NCBI RefSeq assembly: GCF_006345805.1
Contig: NC_042998.1
Location: forward strand, 116,560,001-116,624,000
Reading direction: 5' to 3'
Origin: Octopus sinensis
Lineage: Eukaryota
DNA length: 64,000 nt
In this document: one piece after another, positions 13,321 to 25,401 of the stretch
Layout: each line of letters begins with the position of its first letter
Position numbering within the stretch: the first letter of the stretch is position 1
Notes under the pieces: generated by a model
What the model was told of the DNA's origin: nothing
Seen by the model: the letters and a program-made list of their open reading frames with translations, nothing else
The model's database searches: none
Translations under genes and position numbers: made by a program

Positions 13321-13480
13321 TAGAGTCATTACTGCGCCGGACAAAATGCTTACCATTATTTCATCCGCTTTTACGTTCCTGGTTCAAATTACGCCGTGGT
13401 TGATTAGCATTTCATCCTTTCAGGTTCATTAAAATAAGTACCAACTGAACACTGGAGTCAATAGAATTGACTTATCTCTT
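13321..13480 (+). mobile_element. SINE family A
   Basis: gccggacaaaatgctta...ggttcaaattacgccgtggttga...tttcatcctttc...aaaataagtacca. Confidence 0.85.
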
Positions 13481-16400
13481 CCCATGTGAATTTATCTTCA
13501 AACTTACATCTTTTGCTTTCAAACTGTACATCTAAACTTCAAAGCACACCGTTTGCAGATTGCATTATATAAATAGAATTCATTTTGCTTTATTTCCAAA
13601 TTTTTGCTTAAAATATATGCTTCCATTGTAATACACATTTGAAAATATATATGATGCTATATAAATATAGTCATATATATATTGCTGGGATTATATTTCG
13701 ATACGTTAGTGCAATTAAAGCAAAGTTGTTGAAACACATAACGTATTAATTTTTCAATAACATGATTAAAAGAAAAATAATTACGTTTTAACTATTCTTT
13801 ATTTTGGGAATAAAGACTGCACAGATAGTTGTTATGTGACAAATATGTCCCCGTGCAATTACACAAAGTTTAGCATACTTTCACCAACTGCTTTCAAAGT
13901 ATTGAATAACGACTCCACTAGTAGGATCAGAGTTTAACATCTTGTAAAATCTTTGCATTAATTGTAATACAATTTTCGAAAATAATAGATAAAATTGACA
14001 ATTCCATCATTTTACTTGAAGCAACACTCATGTATTCTATATATTGCATCTACGATTAAAAAATGATGCTAGCTATTCTCTTTTGGTCTCCGCATTGTAT
14101 TTTCTGAGATGTTTATTTTCACATCAATGATTTCGTATTTTAGTAAAATAAAATAAATATGTAGTAGACAAAAGACTTATAGCTGATTTAGTATATTTCC
14201 CGTATATCACTGTGGTGGAGAAGTTTTGACACTGAAAGGAATTTAATTCTGAATATTAAAACTTTAAGTTAACTACATTTTCTTTTTCGTGTTCTGCTGA
14301 TATATTTGAAGTGTATTTTTCATGATTTTCATTCAATACAAAACAGTACTTTCTGTGACGAAGTTCTCGATTGCTACTTTTTGCCTTTTGTCCTCAAAGA
14401 CATCAGCCGAGTACACGAAGAAGAAAACTGCATTAACTTTTTTGTAATGAAATATAACTATATGATTTTTTCAGCATATTCAGTTACAAAATATAAAAAG
14501 CCAGACGAAATAATTTATTTCCTTATTTAGTTACAGCACTTAAAGTGTCTGATCTCTAATCCTGCCGCAAGTCAAATCGCTTTTCATAAATGTAAGGTCA
14601 GAAAAAAACTTATTATAAGTTCGAATTAATCGAATATCCTCCATCCTTTTAGATATATTGCCTCCTGCCAAAGAGAAAGGGAGAAAATCAATACTATTTA
14701 GCAATATCGAGCACCGTAATGCTGAAAAGAAAGCCCGCGGCGTTTCTGCAAACCGGTACTATTCCAACTTACTAATTGAAAGACAGTTATTCATTTACTG
14801 TGGCCAATATTGCCCCAAGAAAAAGAAACAGAAGTTACACATAATCCATATTAACTCTATTCGAATAAATAAAACGTTTGCTCTTATTCGAAACAGCGTA
14901 TGATATAGGCCGAACAAAAGACAGAGCACATACGTGAAGGCTCAATTTCGTTATAAAATAGCTACATTCCCTATATAAGATGCCCTATATTAACATTTCA
15001 AATGAAGTGACATGTTTCAAAATTCAGTTCGAGGTATGTTAAAACACGTCTTGTAAATGCTTGGTGGAATACCATCAACTTCAGCTAGTGATACGGATCT
15101 CGCAATGCACGACAAAAAATGGTGGACCGGTGACAGAGGATGAAATGTGGTCGCATCTTTATTACCTGTAATTGAAGGCCAAGTACAGACAAAAATGTCA
15201 GCCCTCTTCGCCATGGTTTAAGAATTTTAAGACCTGGTAGTCAGCACTGAAGGTTATCCTGATTATTTTGCTGGTATAGTATATGACATATACTACGCTT
15301 GTAAATATCGACATGCATATAAGTATATATCTGAATATCTAGCTGAAACTATATATTTTCAAGTCGGTGTCCAATTATGGCCGTAGTCTAATGACTGAAA
15401 CAAATAAAAGATAATAGGCACACCCATACACACATATTAGTTAAACATGATGTATTGAAGTCGTAATTCAATTTTAAATGTTATTATAAGCTTAAATCTT
15501 TTTGTATTACTTAATATTACTCATAGAATGTTTTAATAAATTCCACTCATATTATGTAACATATTTAATATACTACTCGTCTTTGTCGCCTATTTTTATG
15601 ATTTACCAACTGACATTTTATTAGCGATGAATGAGAATTTCAGCACAAGCCAGGGCTAAAATTTACAACTTAAATCATTTGCGTATGTCTGAATATTTGT
15701 GGAATATATTTGTCTTGTATTTACATAAAGTCTCAATGGTATTGGAAAGGTGGCGCCAGTCAGCCACTATTAACATTAATTATATGCAATTCTACACAGA
15801 AAAAAGTTCTATATCGACCACGAACACATACATTATTATTTATTGTAATTTTAGATTTTATGTCTTAAATATTTTGTTTTTGGCAATAAACATCACCATT
15901 TTACAATATCTACACGAAATGTATAAAACGCAAAGAAAAAAATAGAAATTTTATTCTTTGCTCGTCTCTATATTTTTCTTATTTCTCTAGCATTATCGGA
16001 TAATTTACTCAAAGTTAACGTAGCTTATATTTGGATATTTTTATGTAGATTTAGCAAAGCATCATAAGTTGATTGCTAAATGAGACCAGCAAAATTGGAT
16101 TTAACTTGAAAAAATGACTATAATCGATATCCCCTGTTTAAATCGGCAAATTCGATATATTCATTCCGATTTTCGTTCACTCCGGAATGCGAGAATAATT
16201 GCAGTAGATCACATCACATTATTGAAGCAGAATTAACTTACATGAAACAGTAGCAACGTTATTTTATTTAAGTTATCCAGTTCATGACATTAGCTTACAA
16301 TAGCAGCAAACGCCGAACCCAATACTGTTTCACTCAATATTTTTTTCTCAATTGTCATTCTCAATACTTCGTTCCAAAAATGAACTCAGAATCCAGATGC

Positions 16401-16559
16401 TTCGTCTCTTTCTTAAGAAATCAATAATTCTAAAAAGGGTTGCAAGTAGTACGGAGTGAGAGACTAAATGACGACAAATCAATAGAGTGACTAAGATTAC
16501 ATTACTACTTAAAGTCATTTTATTTTACATGCTTTTCTAATGCATTCAAGAGTGCATTA

Positions 16560-16650
16560 AAATGCTACAATCTTACTTCACATAGTTGAAAACTTATGCG
16601 TAAATGTTACAATCTTACTTCACACAGTTAAAAACTTATGCGTAAATGCT
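16560..16650. repeat. 42-bp tandem duplication (about 2.2 units)
   Basis: aaatgctacaatcttacttcacatagttgaaaacttatgcgt repeats at 16560 and 16602 with 3 substitutions; a partial third unit starts at 16644. Confidence 0.95.
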
Positions 16651-17714
16651 TCGTCAATATGAACTTAAAAAATGCTGTTATAAGCTGCAAATGTTATATG
16701 CTGCAAATACAGTTGGAATCACTGCATAAAATGAATAATAGGGTACCATATGTTATGAATGATAAAATGGTGATGGTGTTTGCAGGCAGCTGTTTGTGAA
16801 TAGTGGAGTTCATGATAAAGTTTGATTAATCTGTCTAATTTAATTCTTTGGCTGTTTTTTTTATTCTCCCAGTGAAGAAGACTGTAAATGTAATGTTGTT
16901 GCTTTGTTTGTAAGCAAGCAATTTGTAACAACTAACACAGTATTGAATATATATTGTTCAATATTATTTTCACACAATATTGTCCTCAGTTATCGAAGGG
17001 ACTGATTCGTTTTAAGAAGCACATTTCGTATTGGTTAAGTTCATTTTAATGAAGAGCAATGTAGATGCACAGGCGTATATTTTAAGTGCAATAATTGTAG
17101 GGATTACTTCTCCTTCAACTGCTATCTCCACATCTGAACTTTATTGCACTTCAAAAACAAAACAAAAGAAAGAAAACAGACGTTTCTATCACAAATTTGA
17201 GAATCTGTACATATTTCTGTATGCATCTTTATTTATTACTTGTACGTTTCCTTCGATAGCATTATTCAATATTTATCCAATGTAATTCAAATACACGTTT
17301 AAACAAAATATTTCAGAAACTGACACGCCAAGGCAGAGTAAACATAAGACATACTAGTAGCATACTGTGCTTCGTTCGAAGACGTATTTATTACCATATT
17401 ATCCATAATGTGAAATATAAGTAAAGCTATATAACCACGTTTCTGAAAATAGCTGACATGTAACCCAACTACCCAACAAATAATATTTAAATATTATTTT
17501 AATAATATTTAAACTTAACTTCAAGCATCCTGTCAGCCAAACTTAGATATATGACACTAAGTATACATATTTACCTGCTTTAAATTAGTATATCTGCAAT
17601 ATGCGTTTTAAATATATGATTTTAAAATTTGATATGGTTTATATATATGTAAACATACAAACTATCTAGTGCATAGAAATTATTCACCCACTGAAATGAA
17701 AAAAGAGGAGAAAG

Positions 17715-18660
17715 AAAACAGTGCCTCTCCGGCAGTGAATGCAAGAAATTCCGTGACCTAAAAATCTATCAGGCCAGACGCATTGAGAACGAGAATCAGG
17801 TACAACGCAAAGGAACTTATCCTGGTGAAACGAAGAGGGAGCATGGCAGGACGCATCCCACCGTGCTGAGTTCCTCCATGCCTCACTACACCCGATACCA
17901 CACAAAGTTGTCCAATAGGTTAAATGGCCTCGAAAAAACATTAAGAATGAGTGGCTGCACGTTGAACACGAAGTATGCAAGGACAGTCAACACCGAAGTG
18001 CGTCACTGACAGCCGATTGAAAGCAATGACAACTATCACTATTAGATACACGTCTGTCAGATGCTGTCTGTCAGTACAGAAGTAAGAAATAACATAAAGG
18101 CCTGCACAGATATAGCAGCACTTGCTACGATAAAGCTGCAGAACCAATATGACACAAGACCTTATGCAGGAATTGAGGACTCTCAGAAAGCAGTACAAGC
18201 TAGCCAGTAGAGAAAAACGTCAGCCACAAGCATTACTGTGTAACATCACGAAAAAGTTAATCACTTTTTTGTATAGCACAAGGTACAGTAGGCCAAAAGA
18301 AGAAAGGGCCAAAATGTATATAGCTTTCCTTTCCAACTCTTGTTGATAAGTTGGTTCTTGATAAGTAAAGTGGTAATCTTGAATTCTAAGCAAAAGAATT
18401 AAGCACCTTTTTCACGACCACGCAAGACAGACAGGATGAACTTGATCAGTATGATATCTTTATAAGCCCAACAACCGCAAAGCCCGAGTTTGAGCAGTAC
18501 AAACTAAGTTGTAAATTCCAGGAGGTTGCTAAAACAGGAAATTCGGCCTCCGACGATCGTCATTGCCAGCAGAGGCTGTAGAAGTGTTGTATTGGTTATT
18601 TAAAGTTATGTAAATTGCGAAAGACTTGTCTAACTGCGATAACGTGGACGTGGTTTACCT
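17715..18660 (+). mobile_element. HERO-like (RLE-type) non-LTR retrotransposon fragment, pseudogenised
   Basis: Across frameshifts: LKIYQAR, VKWP...EWL, SRLKAMTTITI, QELRTLRKQYKLAS.EKRQP..L...ITKKLITF, AFLSN, QEVAKTGNSAS. These match, from memory, the pre-RT region of fish HERO elements. A tentative VEV(G)CIGY at about 18578-18600 resembles the RLE motif VEVGCRGF. Confidence 0.72.
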
Positions 18661-21535
18661 GATTGTATAATGTGAGTTCTCCTTCAACTTTGTACCGTGC
18701 AATGTAACCAAACATTCGTCAAATAAAAATAAGAAGCAGAATTCAGAAGGTGGAAATCAACTATAGTACTTGTGTGATGCTATACGTTATCGAACTCAGA
18801 TGCACGATTGCCAAGTTTAGCAAAGATCTGATTTGTATTTAGGAAGTAAAATACTGTATCTAATAACACATGCATTTTTTGTGAGGCTCTGCAACAATTC
18901 TTCTTGTTGATCATTGTTATAAGATAAATAATATACAAGCTAGCGAGTGTGTTACGTAATAAGGCTTTAATACAATATTACTATCGCCAGGCACAACAAA
19001 ATTTGCTTCAGCATACGAACTCACATAAAGAACCTTGCAAACCAGCTAGAAAAACAAAGTTATCTTTAAAAGATTAAATATATTCACCTCTCTCTTTCTT
19101 ATACATTTATATTAGGGTATCTGTGTATTTGTATGTATTTGTGTATGTGTTTATGTGTTTGCGTGTTTGTGTGTGTGTTTGCATGCATGAACGGTTAATA
19201 TGCGTATGAGCACGAATGTTCGTCTATGAAAGAGGAGGCGAATGAGATAGCAATGGAAGTCAATCAATTTTCAACCGAATTGTTTTTCATTCATTTTCCT
19301 ATTCTCTGAATGAATGCGACGCGATAACGTCACAGAAATAACATTTCAACACGCTACCAATTATATTAATATATTTTGCTTCACATTCATGAAATGAAAA
19401 AAATTAACTTTATATAAAGTGTTTCTGTACATTTGATGCCAAAAGGAATATATCAGGTCAAATAATTAAAAGTAAGGATTATATTTTTTGAAGGTGGTGT
19501 TGATAGTGGATTGTCTTTTAGATGCCTCTAAAATGCCTAACAATTATAAATCAATTTATATCCGCACGACCGTTCTTCCAATTCTTTAGTTCATTTACTG
19601 TGTAAGAAGTAGTATGAAGAATCAAGTTAGAACTGTAATTATGTTTAATTATGTGTAATAAAATTTGCGTAGAAGTTATCTTTCTTCAACAGTTTTAAAT
19701 TAAAGTTTCCTAAAACTAAAATACAATTTGTCACTGGGCAAAGGATACAACCAAAACCTATATTTGCAGGAATCAATAGATTTCACCGATAAAGAATAAA
19801 TTAAATCTATAAGTTTAATTTTCGACAAAATTCTTTTAAAATGTTAAAGTGTATGCCTGCATTTCCATAAGTGTTCAGGTTTCTTTGTTTGCGCTTTGTG
19901 AAATTTTCTTTTTTTGTATGTGAGTCTCAGTCTGATTTGTATATGTATGTATGTGTGCTTGTGCACGTAATGAAGATGGTCTTAGTAGATGTGTTAAACA
20001 AGAATGGAATATATTTGAATGAAATGTAAAATGAAATGCTTTGACATGCAAATCTTCACATTTATTAAATGGACAAATTTCAAAGAAATATTATTTCACC
20101 ATTAAATTTACATTATGTAAATCTAATAAAGAATTCGGAAATTTTTTAATGTATCATCTTGTTTAGAGAAATAGAAAGAAATACAATGCTAAAATCGATA
20201 GAAAGTATTGTTACAATGACTGATTAAAATAGCATTGTTTCTATCGATAACTAATATTACTGGACATTATTTCTAAAAGATTTGTAAATTGGAGCTGTTT
20301 GGCTTATAGTTAGAGAGAGGGAGATGATCTGGAACGAATGAACCAATAACAATATCGTATTAAGCAACTAGTCAGTTGAAATTCAGTTCGTAGGGAGTCA
20401 ATATATTTCTCCTGAGAGATATCAAACTTCCAATTACTGACTCCTTATTCGATGTTCCGAAACGATTGATTCTACCCCATAGAGAAAACAAGTCAAAACA
20501 ATTTCTCTCCACAAATTCAGTTCAGACAATTAATTACTGTCCTAATTCATTGATTACTTGACTGCAGCAAACATATTTCTCGCAAATTATAAACTATATA
20601 TGTCCACATAATTCAACTTCGGTGGATTCCAAATTCCTCTTTCACTCTGTTTCGGCTTCATTACCATGTAGGTGACATACATGCAAATTTCCAAGCTTGG
20701 TCTCCAAATCTTACATAAACCGTGCTATATTTTTTAAAATTTTTACAGGATGCCTTTGATTATTATTATTTTCAGCAACTTTCTGTTTCGACAGTGGTGA
20801 CCACATTTTGGTTAGGAGTAATGAATCATTCACTAAATTTGCATATGTATGATACCGAAAGTTCACGACGCCTTAAATGACTGACATAAGAGTTGCTTAT
20901 AGAGATACTTGGCACAAACCAAAGCCTCGAACAACCATAAGGAAGGACGCATATTCCAACAATCATTGCTATAGTTATGACTATCATATCACATATCTGA
21001 CGAATTGAAGTTTTCATGCGACCTCCTTGCGTGGCTGGCCTTAATACACAGACGAAGCAGAGAGTTGACAGCAAATTATTTTATCTCACCAATCACAAAT
21101 CAATCCGTATGTCAACTGGGAGCGACCTCAGCCACAAACAGTTTTTAGAACAACGGCCAGAAATGATCCATTTTATGATGCAATATACGTTTCTCAAAAT
21201 GTACACATTTGAAAATCAACAAAAACGAAACCGGTTAATTGTGTTAAATTTAAATGAAAGAGCCTTAATAAATACACTTCTACTTTTTCAATTTGACTTA
21301 TTTGTTCTCTACCACTAGCAGTAGGGATGAGTAAGGATACCCCCTTCACACATGCATACATATGTATATACATACGTACATATATATATATATATATGCG
21401 CAAAAATATTTACATATATACACATATATAGATATAGATATTTGCGTGTGTCCCACAACCTTAGATCTGAAACATATAAAAGAATAAAAGAAGAGGATAC
21501 ACACACATACATATACATATATATATATATATATA

Positions 21536-21756
21536 TTACTCTCTTTTACTCTTTTAATTGTTTCAGTCATTTGACTGCGGCCATGCTGGAGCACCGCCTT
21601 TAATCGAGCAACTCGACCCCGGGACTTATTCTTTTGTAAGCCCAGTACTTATTCTATCGGTCTCTTTTGCCGAACCGCTAAGTAACGGGGACATAAACAC
21701 ACCAGCATCGGTTGTCAAGCAATGCTAAGGGGACATACACAGACACACAAACACAC

Positions 21757-21830
<74 letters not shown>

Positions 21831-21991
21831 TATATATACTTTCAGTTTCCGTCTACCAAATCCACTTACAAGGCTTTGGTCGGCCCGAGGCTATAGCAGA
21901 AGACACTTGCCCAAGGTGCCACGCAGTGGGACTGAACCCGGAACCATGTGGTTGGTAAACAAGCCACTTACCACACAGCCACTCCTGCGCC
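21536..21991 (-). mobile_element. SINE family B, near-intact copy with internal (CA)/(TA)n microsatellite
   Basis: Minus strand reads ggcgcaggagtggctgtgtggtaagt...ggttcagtccc (tRNA-type A/B boxes), then a CORE-like ccttgggcaagt, (TA)n at about 21763-21838, a 3' body and an (aagagt)n-like tail. Confidence 0.92.
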
Positions 21992-22059
21992 TGTATATAT
22001 ATATATATATATATATATATGCATATATGAGCACAGGACGTCACCAATGTTGCAAATAA

Positions 22060-22240
22060 CATGAAATACATACGAAAAAAAAAGGAAAATAGGAAATTTA
22101 ACACAGAGAAAGCACCCTTCATCAGTTGTCGGCTGTGTAACTACTCTTCATTTCGAGCATATAGCGACAATATAAGCCTTCAAAGGCAGTTGCTCCCATA
22201 AATTCTAAAAAAAATTGATCATTTATGGATGGTCAAATTT
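22060..22240 (-). mobile_element. Short repeat, probable PLE terminal remnant (same family as 32530-32780)
   Basis: Shares ggagcaactgccttt..gaag and ctCGAAATGa..acagc..acaaCTGATGAag with 32580-32665. Confidence 0.6.
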
Positions 22241-23129
22241 GGGAAACTTAAAATGATTGTACAGAGATACAAAGAAGTCGAAAGGAAACAAACATGGAGG
22301 TTCGTTTGACCAGAACGAGAGGAAAATAGTGAACCCTGGGAGAAACAATTTTGTAAAGATAGAAGCGAGAGAGAAATAGGTACTTTGGTTTAAACGTTCG
22401 TTTAGGAAAAGGAAGATGGACACGTGAGGGAACGGAAGATGGACGATGGTAACGTTTGAGCAATGGGCGAGAGAGAGAAAAAAGAGAAAGAGGAGAGAGA
22501 GACAGACTGAAACGGTGAAAGAGGGAGGAGGAAAAAGGAAATTAGAGAAGGATGAAAACAGTATAGAGTACTCCAAGTAATTATATATATATATACATAT
22601 ATATATATGGAGTAGTGTATGTTGGACAAGGAGTGAGAGAGAGAGAGAAAGAGAGAGAGAGAAAGAGAGAGAGAAAGAAATACTATGAATTATCGAATCT
22701 GAAGCCTTCCCGTCTTTACTTGGACACGAATATTGCCAAATATGTAAACAAATCAAAAAGAACTGGAAGAATAGGGAAATATAAATATTCATGAATGCAT
22801 CGAGATATGATTACTCATTGAGACTAGCGTTGCTGCTAGTTATTCCTACAGATTATGCGTAGGATTTTCATCTCTGCAATTGTTGTATGCGGAACACGTG
22901 GTATATTCATCTATTCACTTTCAAAAGCACATAATATTTTGATGTTTTCTCCATTGTATGTGGAAACTACACAATGAAGAAAGACTCGTTATTATTTTTT
23001 GTAGTTTGGGCCAACATAAAGGCATATATTTTATAATCTGTGTATATGTGCCTGAGAATGGCAAATCAATTACGTAGAAAATAAACAATTTTGGCGATTT
23101 GTATTTAGACATTCCTGAATAAATATCGA

Positions 23130-23400
23130 TGGAAATAAATATTATATCCACAATTTCCGAATTTTCGTTAAATTTGCAAAACGTTGTAATAGGATATATT
23201 TCTCCGAGATATAAAGATAATATTTTCTCGAGATACGGATATAAGCTGACGCGTGTTCTGTAATAGAGTAATCGATTTTCTCATTATTAATATTTTCATC
23301 CCTTAAACACAATATATATTTGAACAAATTTGGTGAGCCGAAATTCTGTATTTCTGAATGTTCTCAAATGTTACAAGGTTCCCTTCTACAGCAAGTTTCA
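23130..23400 (-). pseudogene. Penelope-like element GIY-YIG endonuclease C-terminal remnant
   Basis: Minus-strand KYR.S..LFKYILCLRDENIN..IDYSI.EHASAY...SRKYYLYISEKYILL resembles the PLE motif KYRNSTELSKYIW.LKD...I.WSI...A..Y...SRKC.LC..EK..I, with the Cys residues decayed to Tyr. Confidence 0.6.
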
Positions 23401-25361
23401 GTGTATAGGATTTTTCACTACTTCGGATGATAGCTCTTCGACCGATGATCTAAAGTTTTAGAAAGACACATGCTCATGTGTAGGGCAGGTTTTATGTCCC
23501 TTGTAATTAAACATATAAACCTGCTTGGTTGAGATGTTTATATTTTCTTATGTTAATGCAGAGCATGGGGCAGCATAGTCTGATTACAAACTCTAGCTTC
23601 TTATATAAAGATTATATCTTTTCTATACTCTCTGAAGAAATGCTTGTTGTGAAAGTTTAGTAAATTTTAGTGAATGTTGGTAAGAAAACCTAAACTATAT
23701 AAAATTTTGTCTGCATAGTTTTACTTTTTTAATGTATGATTGCTTTTTGTATGTGATGCATCATAATATTTTATATCTCGGTTAGAATAATGAGTATCAC
23801 GCCTAAAGTGATTCTTCGTAAAATGTAACTACGATATGATCTTATGTTATTTAGTAGGATTCAAAGAATTTTGAGGAAATGACATCAGTTTTTATAAATG
23901 AACTGCAATTTGACCAGTATAAGTACTTTATTATGTTCATATATCTAAAAAATTAACAATAATTAGATGCTCATTTATTCTGAACTTAAATGTCAACTCC
24001 ATGTATACAATTATAAACTTTTTCCTTTTGGCATCCATTATGTAGGTGTTTTTAAATTGCAAAATAGCTTATCAGCATATGAAATAACGAATTATGAATA
24101 TCAGCTTTATATCCAAGAAGGTCTAATATAAACAATCCTAAACTTTTAAACAACAGCTACATTATACAACATCATAATCAGCTCAACAATTCCTAGTTTG
24201 TTAGATAACTCAAGAAAGAATTACTGTGAAAGATTTCCTAGCGTGCACAACGCTGTTAATGTCAAAAGCACTAAGACGAATAAAATATCTACTATGTGTT
24301 CACGAAGAAATTAATTTACAGATGGATAACACTCTGCTATATCGTACTGCAGAAATTTAGAAATCATGTATTAGTTATGTCATTGAAGCAGTTATTAACT
24401 TATAATCTATTACTCTATACGGGACGGGAAGTATGTTGTTCGTGTTAAAAATAATAAAACCTAAAATATTTTTATATATTATAGTCCACATTCCCAGATG
24501 TATTAATCTACAGCGTATTGCTATGCATATAAAACAAAGTTTTGCTTGAAATTTGATTCCAGGTATATTTAGATGGATATGCATCCATTCAGTTTTTGCT
24601 AAAACTACATTTACTGAAACAACTGGTATGAAGTATTTATAACATAAAAATAAATGACATCAATTCAGTGGATTTACCATACAGTGATTCAAGCTAACAT
24701 GATAAAATAATTCAGACAATGCAGAAATTTCAACTGTCAGTCTTACGAATGGTGTTATAAGAAGACATATTTTCTTTTAAAGCTTAATATATTGATTGTA
24801 TTTGTTCGCATTTATCACCTATGATTGTGACTGTGATTCAGTATTATGTTAGTTAATATCCGAAGAAGTGTGTGTCTTCGCTCTATAAATTTGTGAGGCA
24901 GCATGTCTCATTATCATATCACACCTGTCAAATGGCCAGCAATTGAAGAAAATATCTTTGTCTTTCTCTTTAGTTGCATATATTGCCAATTGGCAACCAT
25001 TCATACATGCATATGGCGTAGGAATGTATATCATGAACATATGTCTGTATATGTATATTTGTCTGTGTTCGTGCACATGCATCATCATTAGTGAAGTACT
25101 TGCATTCTCATATGTGTGTGTGCGTCTGAATGTATGGGCGCATATATGTATATATATACATATATATATATAAAATAAATACATATATGGTTATTTATAT
25201 ATGTATATGTAGGTATATGAGAATGTTTATAGGTATGTATTTCTATGTATACTCAACTATATACACTAACTTATGTATATGCACATATATACATAAATAT
25301 ATTATTATATAAGTTGTGTGTATCTGTGGAAGTCATATATATATGTATAATTATACACACG

Positions 25362-25400
<39 letters not shown>

Positions 25401-25401
<1 letters not shown>

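Noticed and set aside
15050-15170. Minus-strand exon candidate after a strong acceptor (ttacag|G at about 15168)
   Set aside because: No identifiable peptide and a weak donor; RPHFILC resembles a phosphatase motif only superficially.
22223-22792. 189-aa minus-strand ORF
   Set aside because: Low-complexity S/L/F sequence arising from a purine-rich plus strand and GA/TA repeats.
23435-23490. Hammerhead-like ccgatga...gaaag-hairpin
   Set aside because: U4 is mutated, there are two extra bases after GAA, and stem I cannot form.
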